This document shows, in pieces, positions 12,131 to 26,900 of a stretch of DNA of 64,000 bases. Numbering within the stretch: position 1 is the stretch's first letter; every line of letters begins with the position of its first letter. A model generated the notes under the pieces. The model worked only from the letters and a program-made list of their open reading frames with translations. It was not told where the DNA came from and did no database searches. Origin of the DNA: the human T2T-CHM13v2.0 reference genome, Homo sapiens. Made by a program: the position numbers and the translations under genes. The DNA lies in the NCBI RefSeq assembly GCF_009914755.1, contig NC_060927.1; one strand, given 5' to 3'.

Positions 12131-13669
12131 AAAATGAAACAAAGTAATGTAACATTCGCTTCTTAAGCTGAATACAAAAGCCTTGAGCAAAAAGAAAAAT
12201 GCTTAGATTCATGGAGGCCTGTTATCTTCTCAGGAGAACACATTGCTCCATATATGGTGCTAGACTTCTTTGGCCATTCTCTGTCCCTGATGACTGCTTC
12301 CATCTTCCTGCCAGTGATAAAATACTAGGGGCTTTGATCCTTGCCTCATTAAATAGACAATATTCTCACTCCACTCTGACCTGTGCTGGGGCCAGTTTAA
12401 GGAGTAATCTGTCATAAGATCATTAATACAGCAACTGGCTAAGAAGGTGAAGATACTCATCCAAAATTAATTTCTTGACCTTTTCCACAAGGACCTAGGA
12501 AGACATATTTTAGCGTTCATAACTGGGGAAACAGCTCCTCTTATACACTGTGTTTCCCAAATGTGGTAATTACAGAAACAGAGCCAAGAAGAAGGGATAC
12601 AAGGGGCAATCAATGTTTCAGGACTCCTCTCACTAAGGGAATGCCTCAGGTTACATGTGAAGGATAGGTTTGGAGAGCAGCAAAGGAGTCTACTCCTCAA
12701 CAGCTCATGTATGGCCTCAGACAACTTAAAGCCTCAAAAATCTTGTAGAAACAGGTTCTGGCTGCAAAGCATTTCAGACGAATTACTGGGTAATTAAAGC
12801 CACTGTGGGGGACAATGTCAAAAGATTCAACCTTAATTAGCACAGCAAGTGCTATGTAATAAATGAGACAATGCGTTACTTTAATCATGGTCAAAGGCAA
12901 AGATGAATACAAAGCCAAACATTTAGCAAATGCCAGTAAACTCTGAGTCAGAAAGGCAAATCCTCTGATTCATGAGTAACCTTTACTGGGAACTCAGTGA
13001 TGCCATTTTGAAGGTGAAATAGATATAATAAGAAATCCTCTGATCCTCAGAAAAATGCATTTAAAAAAGAAAACCAATACTTTCCTGCCCTCCCCTCTCA
13101 TCTCTTTGCAATATCCAAGGTGTAGAAAGCTCTGGGACCACATTTAGGGGCCAGTAAAGGTTCACATTAATTTCTTTTTTAATTTATCTCATTGTTTTTA
13201 AACCCTAACCTTTCCAATGATTGCTAATATGGAATGAAATTATGACTTCACAACATCTTTGCCACATAGCCAGTGCGGCACATTTTGAGAGGGGAAAAGA
13301 AGTCACAAAAATAATTGTTTGAATTATCTAAAATGTTTTTTGAATGATGCCATGGCCTCATCATCACTCTTTTTGTAGATCAAATTTAATACATTTATTT
13401 CCAGGTACTGATTAATCACTAGGCAAAATATAATCTATAAAAAGTGAACATATGTGAATATAACCTAGTATATAAGAAATGTTCTGTAAATGTTAAAGTT
13501 CATTTAAATTAAACTTGAATTGGATAAGAGAGTGGGTAAATAGTTCTTTGCTAATTCACGTGCTAGGGCTGGGTTGCAATGATGCAATGTTCTCTACCTT
13601 ATCAATTTGTTTTGAGGAATAAGAGATACTGTCCAAATAGTTCATTTCATTCATATGAACTGTACCTAC

Positions 13670-13825
13670 TAATCCTTCACAGTAAACTGATGAAATATGT
13701 ATTATATTTCCCGTTGCAATTATGAGAAAATTGAGGCTTAGAAAAAAAAAAGGTTAAGCAACTTCCCCAGTGTTATACAGGTATGAATCGACAGAAGTAG
13801 AAATCAGATCCCAATCTTTGTGAAT
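13670..13825 (-). mobile_element. MIR
   Basis: Core ATGAGAAAATTGAGGCTTAGA...GGTTAAGCAACTTCCCCA. Confidence 0.8.
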
Positions 13826-14568
13826 TCACATTAAGGTTAAAATTCTCCATTTATCAAAAAGTATTTCCCCAGAGATCTTTTATAGTGTCTTAATCTCACC
13901 ATGATAAAAGGGCACTACAATATCATCCAGTAATATTAGCTTATCACACAAGCTGCAAATGCCCTAGTGAAAGCAGCTGTCGGAAAGCTAAGTGTTGCTC
14001 CTGAGTAGAGATTTCAGAAGAATCTAGATATACATAGGGTGGAAAGATTAGGAAGGTTTTTTTCAGAAGAAGGTCTTGGAGGTTTTCAAGTTGATGACTG
14101 GGGGAAAGGGAGGGAGGAAGGTGGTGGTAATGAGGATGAAAAGGCAGGAATTCATGGGAAGAATACAATGCATCCTAAAGACAGAGCTGAAATTTGTGTT
14201 CGTTTTCATATTTTTTAGCCTGAACTCTGATTAGACTCATGGATCGCCAACCATATAATTGCTACTGTCACCAAATTGTGTCTTTTTATATTATAAAAGT
14301 TGGCCAAACTCATTTAAAATTTTAGAAAATGCAGCATTTAGAAAAATATGAAGAAAAAATATATATTCTCTGCCAAAATATGACAACTGTTAACATTTTG
14401 GTTTATTTCCTTCCAGCTTTCTTCCCCCTATGCTTATAATTTGGAAATTTTGAAAAACAGTTGAAATGATAAAACATGCACACATTTGAATCTTGTTTTA
14501 TGTTACATTATAAGCATTCCCCATGTTATTTCTCTATAGGATTTAACAGTGTAAGATCACTGCCAAGT

Positions 14569-14575
14569 TATATAT

Positions 14576-14622
<47 letters not shown>
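14569..14622. repeat. (CATATA)n microsatellite
   Basis: About 7 tandem hexamers. Confidence 0.95.
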
Positions 14623-16369
14623 ACTTGCTTCTTTCTTTTTTACTCATTCTCTTTTGGTTTTAGTTTTGGTTTTGTTTCCTCCAAAACCAGCAGTTGGGAC
14701 ATTATAAAGTACTGAGAAAACAGTCTATATCACAAGGGCCCTGGGAACGGGGTCACAATCTCACAACCCATGATTCTTTTGTGAAAGAGATCAATTTCAT
14801 GACCACCCAGTTTTCTTTACCTTACTCTTCTAAAGGCTAACAAAAAAAAAAAAAAAGGAAAAATAACATAAAATTAAAATGTCTGAGACCATACCTCTGG
14901 CATATTGCATTTACCTTCCTCTAGGGGAAGAATACATTATCCATTCTACTAAAACCACCTGGGATGTCTGGGCCATAATCCTCTGGAATATGAACAGCAG
15001 GTCAAAATATTATAACTCAATCATTATTCAGTCTTTGAAGTAAGAGAGGATTATAAATCGATGCTGATATTAGTACTGTATTGCAAAAGTCACCTTCAAT
15101 GATCTATTTACCAATTCAATTGTGTTTCTCATTATAGGTGAATACTGAATAAACAAATAGGCATAATACAACAGTAAGACTTGTGTTGCTTCAGACACAG
15201 TGGAAAAGGTGATTTCAATATTGAGAAAGAGCTAACATACATTGATTGAAATAAAACATTTATCTGAAATGTAGCCTAGGTCTTGCAACAGAAATCAACA
15301 TTATTGACATGTTTTATTTCCATTATTGTTTACTTTTAGTTTATTTTTGTTTTTGCTTTTTGGTAATGACACAAAGTTAATATAAAATAATCAGATTTTA
15401 CTCTTGCCTCTTTAGAATATATGAGAGACATCTTTAAATCTTTGAATTACACAACAAAACTGACAGATGAAAAATTATTAGGGTTTTCTACAAATTAATA
15501 TTGGAAGGTTCATCTCCATAAACATAAATGTGGAAAAAGAGACTATCATTACATGTATCCAAATGCATTATATGAACATATAGATTTACAAAATAGATAG
15601 TTTAGAAATGCTCGCTCGTTTTATGAAGGTCTATATTTTTTAAAAAGAGAATATTTCTTTAGATATTCATTTCCATTATAAAATGTAAAATACAATACAA
15701 TACAAAAAACAGTTCAGTATGAATTTCAAAAATACGCCTATGGAAAACAAGCAGGCTACATATGCAGTGTATGTAACATGTTGCAGCCTAAATAAACTTC
15801 TAGAACTCTGTTCATATAACCCCGTGACTACACTAAAAATGCTAATTTTACCTGTTAATTATGCCTATAAATTCCAATGTATGATATTAATGGCCAAAAT
15901 ATAGTCCATATAATGCAGCCCTATGCAAGAAATGCCAGGTGCCCACTCAGAATATACTAAGGGCATGCTCTAGTCCAGAAAGGTTTTTTGTTCACACCTA
16001 CTTGTTGCATACTTCTATGATCCATTAATATCCACAATGAATTAGCAACCTCAGAACACTAACCATAAACCCAGTGGTTGTCAACATTCAAGTGTGTGTG
16101 AGTGGTAGTGTTTAATGATGAAAGAGGGAAGGAGGGACGTATCAAAATCAGGTATGGACATTAAAAAGAGTCTTGTAGCCCTTGTTCCCTTGCTTTCATA
16201 TGTCTGGTAAGGTGGAAGGAGTCATGAATACCCACTGCATTTATATTGTTAAAAGCCTCATAGATCATTATGATTAATTTCCTTCAACAAGTACAACTGC
16301 CTTAAACATCTAATAAAATGCATGTGAACAACTCTTCAGGACTTGAGTTAAAATAATGTGCTTGTATTA

Positions 16370-16550
16370 CAAGCTCTAAGTCTTACTAGTTGTGAAACCT
16401 TGACCGTATTTCTTAGTATCTTTATGCCTTGGCTTCTTTTCTGTAAAATAAAAGTGCTTTTTACTTTTGAGTTCTTTCCAGAATTAAATACATGTAAGTT
16501 TAGAAATATAGGACAATGATTAGCACACAGTTAGTATACCATTTATACTG
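16370..16550 (+). mobile_element. MIR
   Basis: CTTACTAGTTGTGAAACCTTGA...CTGTAAAAT. Confidence 0.7.
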
Positions 16551-16989
16551 TTATTACTTTTAATTTTACAAAATGTTCATTAGGTAGTGAGGAGCGAAAA
16601 AGGCTCAGGTTCCTTTCAAAATTGGCCACCTATTAAATGTAAATCTTTAGTTGAAACCACTTTAATGGGTGTGAGATGCAAAATCCTCCCAAGCACCTGG
16701 TCCTAGATGTCACATTTGCACCGCAGGCTGAACTCTGCGTCCACCTAATGACAGTCTTTACCTAGTTACCCAAGCCATTGACCTGTAAATCTCCCGCACT
16801 CTTCCTTCTCCTGCAATTACAATATTTAATGTTATCAGACTCTCTTGATTCTGGATTCTAAATATCTCCTGAATTTATACCCTTTCCACTTTTTCTGCTA
16901 CCACGGTGTTAGGTCATCATTTTTCTCGTTTGAATTCCAGTCTTATCTTTTCACCTAGTCTTTTTTCTATGACTGCAAGACCCCTTTGT

Positions 16990-17180
16990 TTAATCAGTGT
17001 TTGTCAGGGGCCATGGAAAGGGGGAAGAGTTGATCACAAAGGGGTAACAGGAGGAAATGCTAGGAAGGTGTAGGGACTGATCAATATCTTAATTGTGGGT
17101 TTAGTTACCATGACTACATGCATTCATCAAACAGTATACCAAATACAGCAAATTTTACTGTAGGCAAAATTTAGAAAGCA
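16990..17180 (+). mobile_element. Old L1M 3' fragment
   Basis: TCAGTGTTTGTCAGGGG...TATCTTAATTGTGG...AATTTTACTGTA. Confidence 0.6.
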
Positions 17181-17219
17181 GAAGAAAAAAACCCCACAAA
17201 ACTACCTTCCCTTAATTTC

Positions 17220-17950
17220 CAATGCTTATACAACAAAAAACATCTGAGTGTGGTCTAGTAGGCCTTTCATCATCAGGCTTCTGCTGGTACATCTTGTACC
17301 AGTCTCCCTCCCTCTCTCTGCACAGAACTTTCTCTGCACAGTACTTGCACTGGTCTTTGTTCCACACCTTCAATGCAATTCTTTTCATCCGAGAGTATTC
17401 ATGTCTGTCCAGAATGTTCTTCTCTGCTTCCCTCCACCTTTTACCTAGTTAACTACAACACATCCATTAGACTACATTTCAAGTGTCACATCCTTGAAGA
17501 CATCATGCAAATAAATCTCAAGCAATATCACATGAAGAATAATTTTGTGCCCAAATGAGGAAAAGCAATAAACAAAAGCAAACTGTGGCAGGTCAATAGG
17601 TGTTACAGAAAGAATGGACTATCTAAAATATTTCATATAAGATATATATCAACATGCAACGGGTTAGAACTTTTTTATCCTAAAAAAACGTACTGGCTTT
17701 CTCTGGACTTTTATCAGTCCTAATGGCACCTTGTGTTACTCTTCATAGGATTTATCACAGTGCGTAATCATATAATTTGTGTGTGTGTGAGTGTGTGTGT
17801 GTGTCTTTAATGGCCCATTTCTACCATGATCTCACAAGCTCTATAAAAGCAGGGACAGTAAATAGATATTGTCCCACCATTATGTTCTTCCAGTTTCTAG
17901 CACAGAGCTTAATCAAATACATAATAAATAATGGAATTAATGAATTGTGA
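17220..17950 (+). mobile_element. L2 3' region (fragmented)
   Basis: AAGCTCTATAAAAGCAGGGAC...TCTAGCACAGAGC...AATGAATT terminus. Confidence 0.65.
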
Positions 17951-18119
17951 GTGATGTTTCCAAAAAATTAGTACAAAGCCGGTATTACTCAATGACTGCC
18001 CTTGGCCTTCTTCAGCTTCTCAGTCGGTACCCACCCAGTGCTTGCTACTCTAACAGCCTCCAAACATCTGTTTTGTTTTTCCCTCTGCATGATATTTTTC
18101 TTTAACCCTTAATGTAAGC

Positions 18120-18752
18120 TCAAAATGACCCTCCCCCAATGATAACCACACCCTAATCTCTAGTGTCTGTAAATGTTACTTAATACAGGAAATAAAGAGA
18201 GAGAGAGATGAAAAAGGAAGGGAGAGAGGGGGTAGGAGAGAGGGAGGGACGGAGGGAGGAAGGGAGAAAGGAAGGAAAGGAGAAAGGAAGGAAGAAAGGG
18301 AAGAAGGAACGAAGGGTGGAAGAAAGGAAGGGAGGAAGGGAGGGACATAGGGAGGAAGGGAGGAAGTTTTTGCAGCCTTGAGTAAGTTAAAGGTTTTGAG
18401 ATGAGACTATTCTGGTTTATCTGGGTGGGCCCTAAGTTCAGCTGCATGCACCCTTACAAAAGGGAGGAAGAGGGAAATTTCACACCTACAGAGAAGGCCA
18501 TGTAAAGAGAGAGGTAGGGATTGAAGCAATGTGGCTACAAGTCAGGGAACTCCTGCAGCCACATGAGGCCAGAAGAGGCAAGAAAACAGATTTTCCCAGA
18601 ACGGCCCCAGAGGCTGTGCAGCCCTGCCAACACCTTGATTTTAGCACAGTCATACTGATTTTAAAATTCTAGTTTCCAGAACTGTGAGAGAATAAATTTC
18701 TGTTGTTTTAAGCTACCTAGTGGTTGTTATAGCAGCCATCAGAAACCAATAG
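18120..18752 (+). mobile_element. MLT1C/D-type MaLR solo LTR interrupted by a purine tract
   Basis: TATCTGGGTGGGCCCTAA, GCCCTGCCAACACCTTGATTTTAG, CCAGAACTGTGAGAGAATAAATTTCTGTTGTTTTAAG. Confidence 0.9.
18188..18366. repeat. Polypurine GA/GGAA/GGGA-rich tract
   Basis: About 180 bp, almost entirely purine on +. Confidence 0.95.
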
Positions 18753-19189
18753 AACTCCCAGTCCCTTACTTCCCCGAACTTTGTATTTCTGGCTGTTTCA
18801 AGACCCAGATAATTGTTACGTCTATTAGTTATACACTCCCCTCCTTTCCTCTTTCCTACTTTTAAGACTGTAATTCCCATCTCTCCTCACAGTATCCCAT
18901 GTTAGCATCTATCATAGTACCTTGAAATTGTTCCTTTGTCTGTCTTTCCCCCTTCCCCAGTATGAAAGTGCCTTGAGTTTAGCAACTCCATGTTATCTCT
19001 GTCTCCAGTGTCCAGCAATTTCTAAGGCACAGGAGGAAATTTCACTGGTGATGAGAGATAGAATTCTAATATAGCTTCTATAAAGAGACTAGGAACAATT
19101 GTCTAGAAAATTTCATTCTCTGCAAAACTACTTTTGAGAGAAAAAAAACAGCAATAAAGAATGAATTTATTTGATCTATGAGACACCTC

Positions 19190-19420
19190 ACTATAATGGA
19201 AAGAAGATGGTTTCTGAATTTAGGCAGATCTGAGTTCTGATCCTGACTCAATTAGAAATTGCCTGATCATGGAAAAAGTAGTCAGCCTTTCTATATATCG
19301 TATTCCCCAGCTTATATAAGTACACTAATTCTTATCTTGCTGTGTTATAGTAAATATTGCTTGAAATAGCTCATAAGAATAATTTTATGAAATGCTTGGT
19401 GTCTAATAAGTTGTTCTTAA
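19190..19420 (+). mobile_element. MIR (diverged)
   Basis: GGCAGATCTGAGTTCTGATCCTGACTC... Confidence 0.6.
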
Positions 19421-19459
19421 TAAGTCCAGAAACATATTTATGTTCTCTTATTTCCTGTT

Positions 19460-19785
19460 AGCTTTCTAAATGAATCTTGCTTAAAAGTGATTTATTCAGA
19501 GAGACAACTTTGACTAAACTATCTAAATTAGCATTCCTGTGGCTCCCTACTATCCTGGTACTTTCTCATCATTCAGCCCATTTTGTAGCTCTTACCTAAT
19601 TTGAATTGCAGTATGTGTGTGTGTTCATGTGTGTGCATATTGTCTGCCCTCCCCCCTCAGATATAAGTTCCCATGAGGACAGAGACTTTTCTGCCTGTTT
19701 TCATTTGTGCATCATTAGATCCTAGGAGTACCAAATAAATGGGCTTGGATCAATACATCATTTGGAATGGGTAGATGAATTTTTC
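19460..19785 (+). mobile_element. L2 3' end
   Basis: AGATATAAGTTCCCATGAGGACAGAGACTTTTCTG. Confidence 0.7.
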
Positions 19786-21359
19786 TTAGTTAGTTGTTCA
19801 TAGCTCTACTTCATTTTACTGTGGAGAACCAACTTAATAATTTGAAATGTTCTAACTGAAGTCTATCATTGTGTTATTATAGAACTAAGCCCAGAAATGA
19901 ACAAAGGAAACAAAAAGTTTATTTTATAAAATAAAAAAATGAAACCAATGGGTATTATAAAGGTAATTTAAAAGTTATGACTGTATCCCCATCATACACG
20001 ATCTTAACTATGAACCTTACAAACAGGCATCTATGAGCATATCTATGCAAAAACCAGATTATAATAATCTTTGATAAATACCAGATGTCAGATGATACTT
20101 CAAACACATGATCATCAGTATAATAAAATATACTACTTCATTTTGCCCTTCTAACAAATGGGCTCCCTGTTTTATGAAATCTTCTCATTTTGTCCTCTAG
20201 CCAGCTCCACTCCTCCCTAAAATTAAAAATACATATAATACTATTTCTAAAAACTCAGCTAAAATTCTGTTTTATTCCTAAATCATTTAAATTTTTTTAA
20301 TCCTCCTAGAGATTTTTTTTTAAAAACTATTATCCCCATAACCCCTAAATATGCATGGGACATTTTGTAGGCAGTAGCTGAATCTTTAGGAACCAGGGTA
20401 TTCTAAGTTAACGGAAATGTAATTTTCCTTGGCTAAATTCTAGAAATTTAAGCTATAATGCATTTATTTTTCCAAACAAATGTTGATAACATTTTACCTT
20501 TATTATTGTGATTTGCTCTCAGATGGTTTCTTCTCCTTTATGCACAGAAAATACTAGCTAAATAACCTGCTGATTCTGAAAAGTAGTTTACCTATACTCA
20601 TTTTAGCTTTCTTAACTATTCCCTTCAAACTAAGGAAAAGGAGAAAAAAAAATGGCTTCGAGTGGCTTTTTAAAAACTTTTAGACTATCTCATGTTTAGG
20701 ACAATAAGAGTATGTTCAAAAGAGAAAGAAAGAAAATGAGGGAGAGTAGAAGATGTGGCACCCAGAGGGCAAAAGTGGGGAGAGGCACCATCTTGTAGAA
20801 TAATTGTGTGACTTGAAGCCACACAGAACCATGTTTTAATCACGCCTATGCTGATTATTCATTATGTAACTCTGGGCATTTGGCCCTCTGAGAATCAGAC
20901 TTCTCCTCTGAAAAACTGAATAATAATCACAGAAAAGTTCTCATCAAATGTTGGATCCCCTCTTCCAGTCCTATATTTGGAGTAGCTTTGACTACTTCAA
21001 CATCGGGAGCTCGGTTTTCTTCTCCATCAGCCCTCTGCAATAATTCTCAGTGACTTAAAATGTACATCTTAATTTCTTTTCTGGACTCTGTCTCACACCT
21101 CCTGGATTTCCTGAAATTCAATGACCTGCTACTTAAGGGCAACCTGAGCTTAGCCCTCATGATCTTTCCTTTAGCTCTTGTCAAAGATCCAGATCTCTGA
21201 TCCTCAACTCTTTAATTCTGAAGGTACATCTGCCTCTACCTACCTTATACCCTTCCTGTTAGTTCCTTTAAAACAAAAACAAAAACTCGCCCGTAGTCAG
21301 AATTCAGCTCTTCCGAGTCTTACAGGAAGGTATACTAGGATTATTTACTTCTCGGCTTA

Positions 21360-21690
21360 GAATAAATACTTTCACTCACCAAATATTTAATGGGTCCTAT
21401 TACCCACCAATCATTGATCCAAGCACAAGAAATACAGAGATGAATAAAATTAATCAAGGCCCTGCCCTCAGGAAGCCTTGCTTACATTTCATGGTGAAAG
21501 ATAAAAATAGAACTGTAAATATATTGTTGCATAGTGATTAAAAATGTAAGTTGCATAGGGGAATAGAGAATGTAATGGTGGTGCTGTTTTAGACTGGGTT
21601 ACCTGCAAAAGCCCCTCCAGGAGGAGACATGATGGGAGGAAACACCATGCAAATGCTCTGGAGGAAGAGCATCCAGGATGAGGAAAGTCC
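21360..21690 (-). mobile_element. L2 3' end
   Basis: CACCAAATATTTAATGGGTCCTATTA...GGCCCTGCCCTCAGGAAGC. Confidence 0.7.
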
Positions 21691-23099
21691 ACTTCCATCA
21701 TTCACACTTACCATTGTGGAGTGCATTGTTTTCTCATTCTCCCCCACATCCTATCTTGTCAATCTTGGGTAATGCTGCAGTTGCCTTTTTCTATAAATGA
21801 GCTTCTGAGTTCTGCTTGAGAAAAATCACAAAGCTGGATTCACTGGCTCTACTTCAAATTATCACAGAGTATGTCTGGAAAATCTGGCAAGCCTGGGACA
21901 GAGTAGGTATGCAACACATTTTTGCTGAATGAATGAATTTTATGGAATCCTACGCCTGAACATACTTTTTCCAAAACAACTTTTATAATAAACCTTTTTG
22001 TAAACTCAAACTAAGAGCATTCACTGAGGATTTAGATCCATGAGTTTCCATTTTGCCTCTACATTTTTTTAATATTATAGAAGTATCTCTATACACAATA
22101 AAGAAGAAGAAGAAAGAGGAAACTTTGAGAGGCAGTTTTCCAAAACCAGAGACTATTATTGAAAATTTTTCAAGTTAAGTTTGAATAAAATCCCCCAAGG
22201 TTCTTGTAAAATCTCTGCTGAATAAGTTCACAATTCTGAGAGTCCCATTTTTAGTATAATCTTCTCTTGGCTTACTTGATAATTCAGCACTCTGAAATAG
22301 GAGGGTGTGAAGATTAAGCAAAAACGTCCTACTTGAGCAAAGTCCCTAACTGTGGATTTTAAGAATAAAAAGTCTGAAAAAAAAGTTACTCTTTGTTACA
22401 AGTGAAGATTGGGAAAAAATACTTCCCTGTCCCTGTGTTTATGGCAGTGAAGTCTGGGACTGCCGAACAGTTCAGGATCGTCAACCACATGATTAAACCA
22501 AATTGCCTCCAAACTAACGCAGCCACTAACACTTCCCTCAGCAAAGTGCTTTCTAATTATTTAGAAAACTGATGTGATCACTGTAAACGAAAGTGATTCC
22601 AGAGCAAAAGAAATTCTTAAGAAGTAAGAGCCTTCAGTCTCTCTTCCTCCTTAAGGTCCTCAGTGGCAAAATCTGATGTTAGGAAAAATAATTTAAGAGC
22701 CCTTTGTTTTCTCCCTGGTCATTTTTACTGATATTTATCAATGGAATATTCACATTCATAGCACATCATGGGTCAACTTCATATGGAAAAACGAACCTTT
22801 CATGAATAGGACATATGCTCAAAACTATTTCCCTAGCCCTGTACTAGAAGGAATCAGAGGCACTACAGTCTATGGCACTGTGACATCTGTTGGGATAAAA
22901 ATTTTCGTCCAAATGTTTCAGAAAGAAGCTAAGGCAAATGGAGAAGGTATCCTTGATGTCTTCCTCCTCCTTACCCCAGCACCTATCACAGACTTCGAAT
23001 CATCCCTACAGTGATCCGTGGTTAATATTGTGACAAAGGCATGCATTTTCAGGATAAACAATATTCAGAGGTATATCTTTTAGCCCTGGAATGAAGCTC

Positions 23100-23330
23100 T
23101 GTTAATTCATCCACTCATTCATTTACTCCACAAGCATTTTTTGTGTACCTATGCTAGGCACCGTACTAAGCACTGAAGAATTCGAGCCGAAAGCAATTTT
23201 ATGGATTCTTTTAAGAACCCATAATCTAAAGGGAAGACAGAATTATGAATAATGGAAATACTATGATATTAAATTCTATTTTAGAAATTGTAACATGGTG
23301 TTGAGTGAACACAGAGGAAAAACTAACTTC
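23100..23330 (-). mobile_element. L2 3' end
   Basis: TTCATCCACTCATTCATTTACTC...TATGCTAGGCACCGTACTAAGCACTG. Confidence 0.7.
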
Positions 23331-23627
23331 CTTAGAAGCCACTTAATAGTTTTGCTGGGAGCTAACATTTGATTCATACCCAGAAGCTCTGGCCTAGATA
23401 TGCACATGAGGCAGTGTGCTTACTTGGTCAAAATATTAGTCCATTCCTCTCATGTTGGCCTAAACGCATACAATGAGACTTCTGCTTTGGCTTTCTGGGG
23501 AACTGAAAATATAGCTGGAGCCCAGTTGAAATACACGGCTTCCCAGTACTCTCTAACCTCCTTAGATTCACCCTACTCTCCTATCAGTTTATAGCTAGGT
23601 TCCTCCTTAGAAATCACAAACCTCTTA

Positions 23628-23951
<324 letters not shown>

Positions 23952-26900
23952 TCAACATTGTAAAGCTGTTATCAATATGACCACAATGCATGTAGTGTTT
24001 CTCCCAAGCCTCACTAACCAGATTAGCCTTTCCTAGATATACATATAGGTGCTGGCTCAAAGGCACACCCACTAGCTGAAACCTGGCTTGAGTTCATTAT
24101 TCCCTTTTGTATGCTCTATACATTGTATTGTCCAATAGTCAAATATTCACTCTTATCCTCTCTTTGGGAACCATCCCTATATTCCATTTAGGTCCTTAAT
24201 CTGCTCCCTATGCACTCAGCCCCATCCTTCCTCTCCACCAGCTGCACTTGGAAATCCAACATCTCTGACAGTAGATTTCCACATGATGCAATATACATCT
24301 AGAATGTCATAAAAAGTCACCATGTAATTTTCAATAAATGGTATTAATAAAGGGACCCCACACGTAAGATATTGAGGTGGGTCATAGGCTTAAAGAACAT
24401 AGAGGGTCAGAAATATTATGCTTTGTCCAAGGTTGCGCATGTATTAGGAATGAAAACTGACCCTCCAACTTATATCTTCTACTCAAAATTCAGTTGACTT
24501 TCACCCCAGCATAGTTGCCACGCAATGTGGGAGAGGAGAAGTCTGGACCATCTTTCCCAGGATGTGTAGCAGAGTTCAGCTTGTTCAGGTTATAGCCTTA
24601 GAGTTAAAAAAATAAAAATTGAACAATGAAAAACTATTTATAATTAAGAGCTAAATTAAAAGCAAAGGTGAAAAGTAAAGATTGGGGCCAGATGATAAAG
24701 ATAGGCTGGGCTAAAACTTAGAAGTAAAGAACATAGAGTGTGAAGAGGAACACAGTACCAAGGATTGAATGTTTGAGGAGGCACTGAAGGGTCACATAAC
24801 AGTGCCACCTGAAGGTATGAAATACTAAGTCATGCTTAGTCATCCCTCCAAAAGCAACAGTTTTAAAATCAGATATAGCTGAAATGAAATAATATATTTC
24901 TACTTGCTATCCAGAATAAAGGTGGTCAAGAAAGCAAGGCAAGAAATACATACTTATTAGAACTTTCAGCCATAACATGAGATGATAGAACCTATGATTG
25001 CTATGAATTATTATTTTAATTTGAATAAGCAAGGAGAATAGCATTTCATGCGTAAAGAATCACAAGGCAAAGACTGTTTTAGAATACTTAAATAAAACAG
25101 AATATAAATTTATATATAGGTGCCTGTTTTAATTTGGGTTACTATCCCCTATCTTGGAAATAATTATCTTCAGCATACTTGGTGAATTATGCCTCCATTG
25201 TCAATTTAAAACATCTGTTTATTTAAAATGAGGTCGTTTTTGTTTATTAGTCTTTACTGACTATCAAAAAAGAGATAGTGCACTTGAATATTCTCAAGTA
25301 TGTATAAATTGTACATGTATTACCTAGCAGGGGTCCATCCTCAATCAATATTTTCTCAGAATGATATTTCTCAGGAAGGAAGAAGATTTTAGTTAGGCTA
25401 ACAAATTATTATCTTTCACAGGAGAACTTCAGGCAGGACTCTCATTAATGAATTGGCTGATAGCAGTTCCTTGTTTACAAGTCATAGCATATACTCACTT
25501 ATAACAGTAGGAAGCAGGCATGCAAAGAGCAGCTTAAGAAAGGGGGTGTAAAGAGAAGAGAGTGCAGTGTAAAAGATGAAACCAGACAAAGGAGAATAGT
25601 TATGTCAAAGTTACAGCTAGAAACAACCTAAGGGGCTCTATGTCATACAATAGGACTCTGCCTGCACCGCATAAAAAGAGAACAATTCAAAGAGAAGGAA
25701 ATCTTTTTTCTTGTAATCATGAAAGCCATTTACAGCTACTTTGATTCATTTCATGGTCTTAGGGACAATTATTTGGCTTTCATTGCTAAAGGTTCTCTTT
25801 AAAACAAAAGACTTAAGAGTAAAGAATTCATTTATTTCCTAGTAGCACTATACATTCATTTGGAGTGTGCTTTCTTCTATTAGGTGTAATTTTAAATTAC
25901 TTCCAATCCACTGTAATGCCACTTTTGCAATTGATAATGTAAGTTTCATTCATTTTTTGCTACTCTGTCAAATAAATACAGAAAAGTTATTTCTTGGTCA
26001 TATATAATGATAGTGCTGTTTAGGAAAAATAATTAAATGATACCATAGCTGCTATTTAATTATACTGGCTCTGCTGGGCTTAATAAGATTAAGTTACTTT
26101 CCTGTTTCACAATTCATTTTGTATTTCTCTCATTAATTCTATCAATTCATTTCAGGTTCCTTCCTAGGTGTTTCTCAATATTTTGTCTTCTCTGTTCATA
26201 TCCCATAAAGAAAGCATGTGACCACAGTTGAAATCCAGTTTTCAAGTGTTCTAGATTAGAAAAATAATGAGAAATATGTGCTGAGTTGGGTCATTTGCAT
26301 TTAACATTGGATTCTAATATCAATATTGATAGATTCTGGAATGATAATACTTATTTACCAAATTAGGACAGAGAAAAAAATAGTCTCTGCATGGACTTGG
26401 CCAGTTCTCTCATACATAATCTTTCGCTTGCCAACATTTAAATCATTTTGAGGTACCCACTGAGTTTAATAGGAAGGTCCCCCCCTCCAACCTCCAGGAA
26501 GGTCAGGTCACAGAACCACAACTTTAAATGTAAATGTCAAATTTCACTCTCCACACAGCCCTATTCAATTATTTTCATAAGAGGATTTAGAGTTTTTCTC
26601 TAAGATTTGAAGTTGAGAGAGGTCTACATATTACCCCAAATCTTCGAGAAATTGCATTATGCATTAGGCAATTGTATTATTCACCACACTGGGCTTGTAA
26701 TCCAGATCATCCATAAGTATTTTGGAGAAGATACTTTTTTTCTGTATTGCTTTTTTGTAATTTACTTTAATCAAAGAATGGTTCAACATTGTTAAGTTTA
26801 GGTTGGGTCACTTTAATTACCGATTTAAGTTTACATTAAAAAACAGACTTCAGTTGAATGTCTGGAATACACTTGGCACCAGCACTGTAGCAGCAAAAAC

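Noticed and set aside
14831-14856. TAAAGGCTAAC followed by an A-run, similar at about 47755
   Set aside because: Only 11 bp shared and no TSD; likely coincidence.
18188-18366. GGAA microsatellite as an EWS-FLI1-type enhancer
   Set aside because: No long run of consecutive GGAA units.
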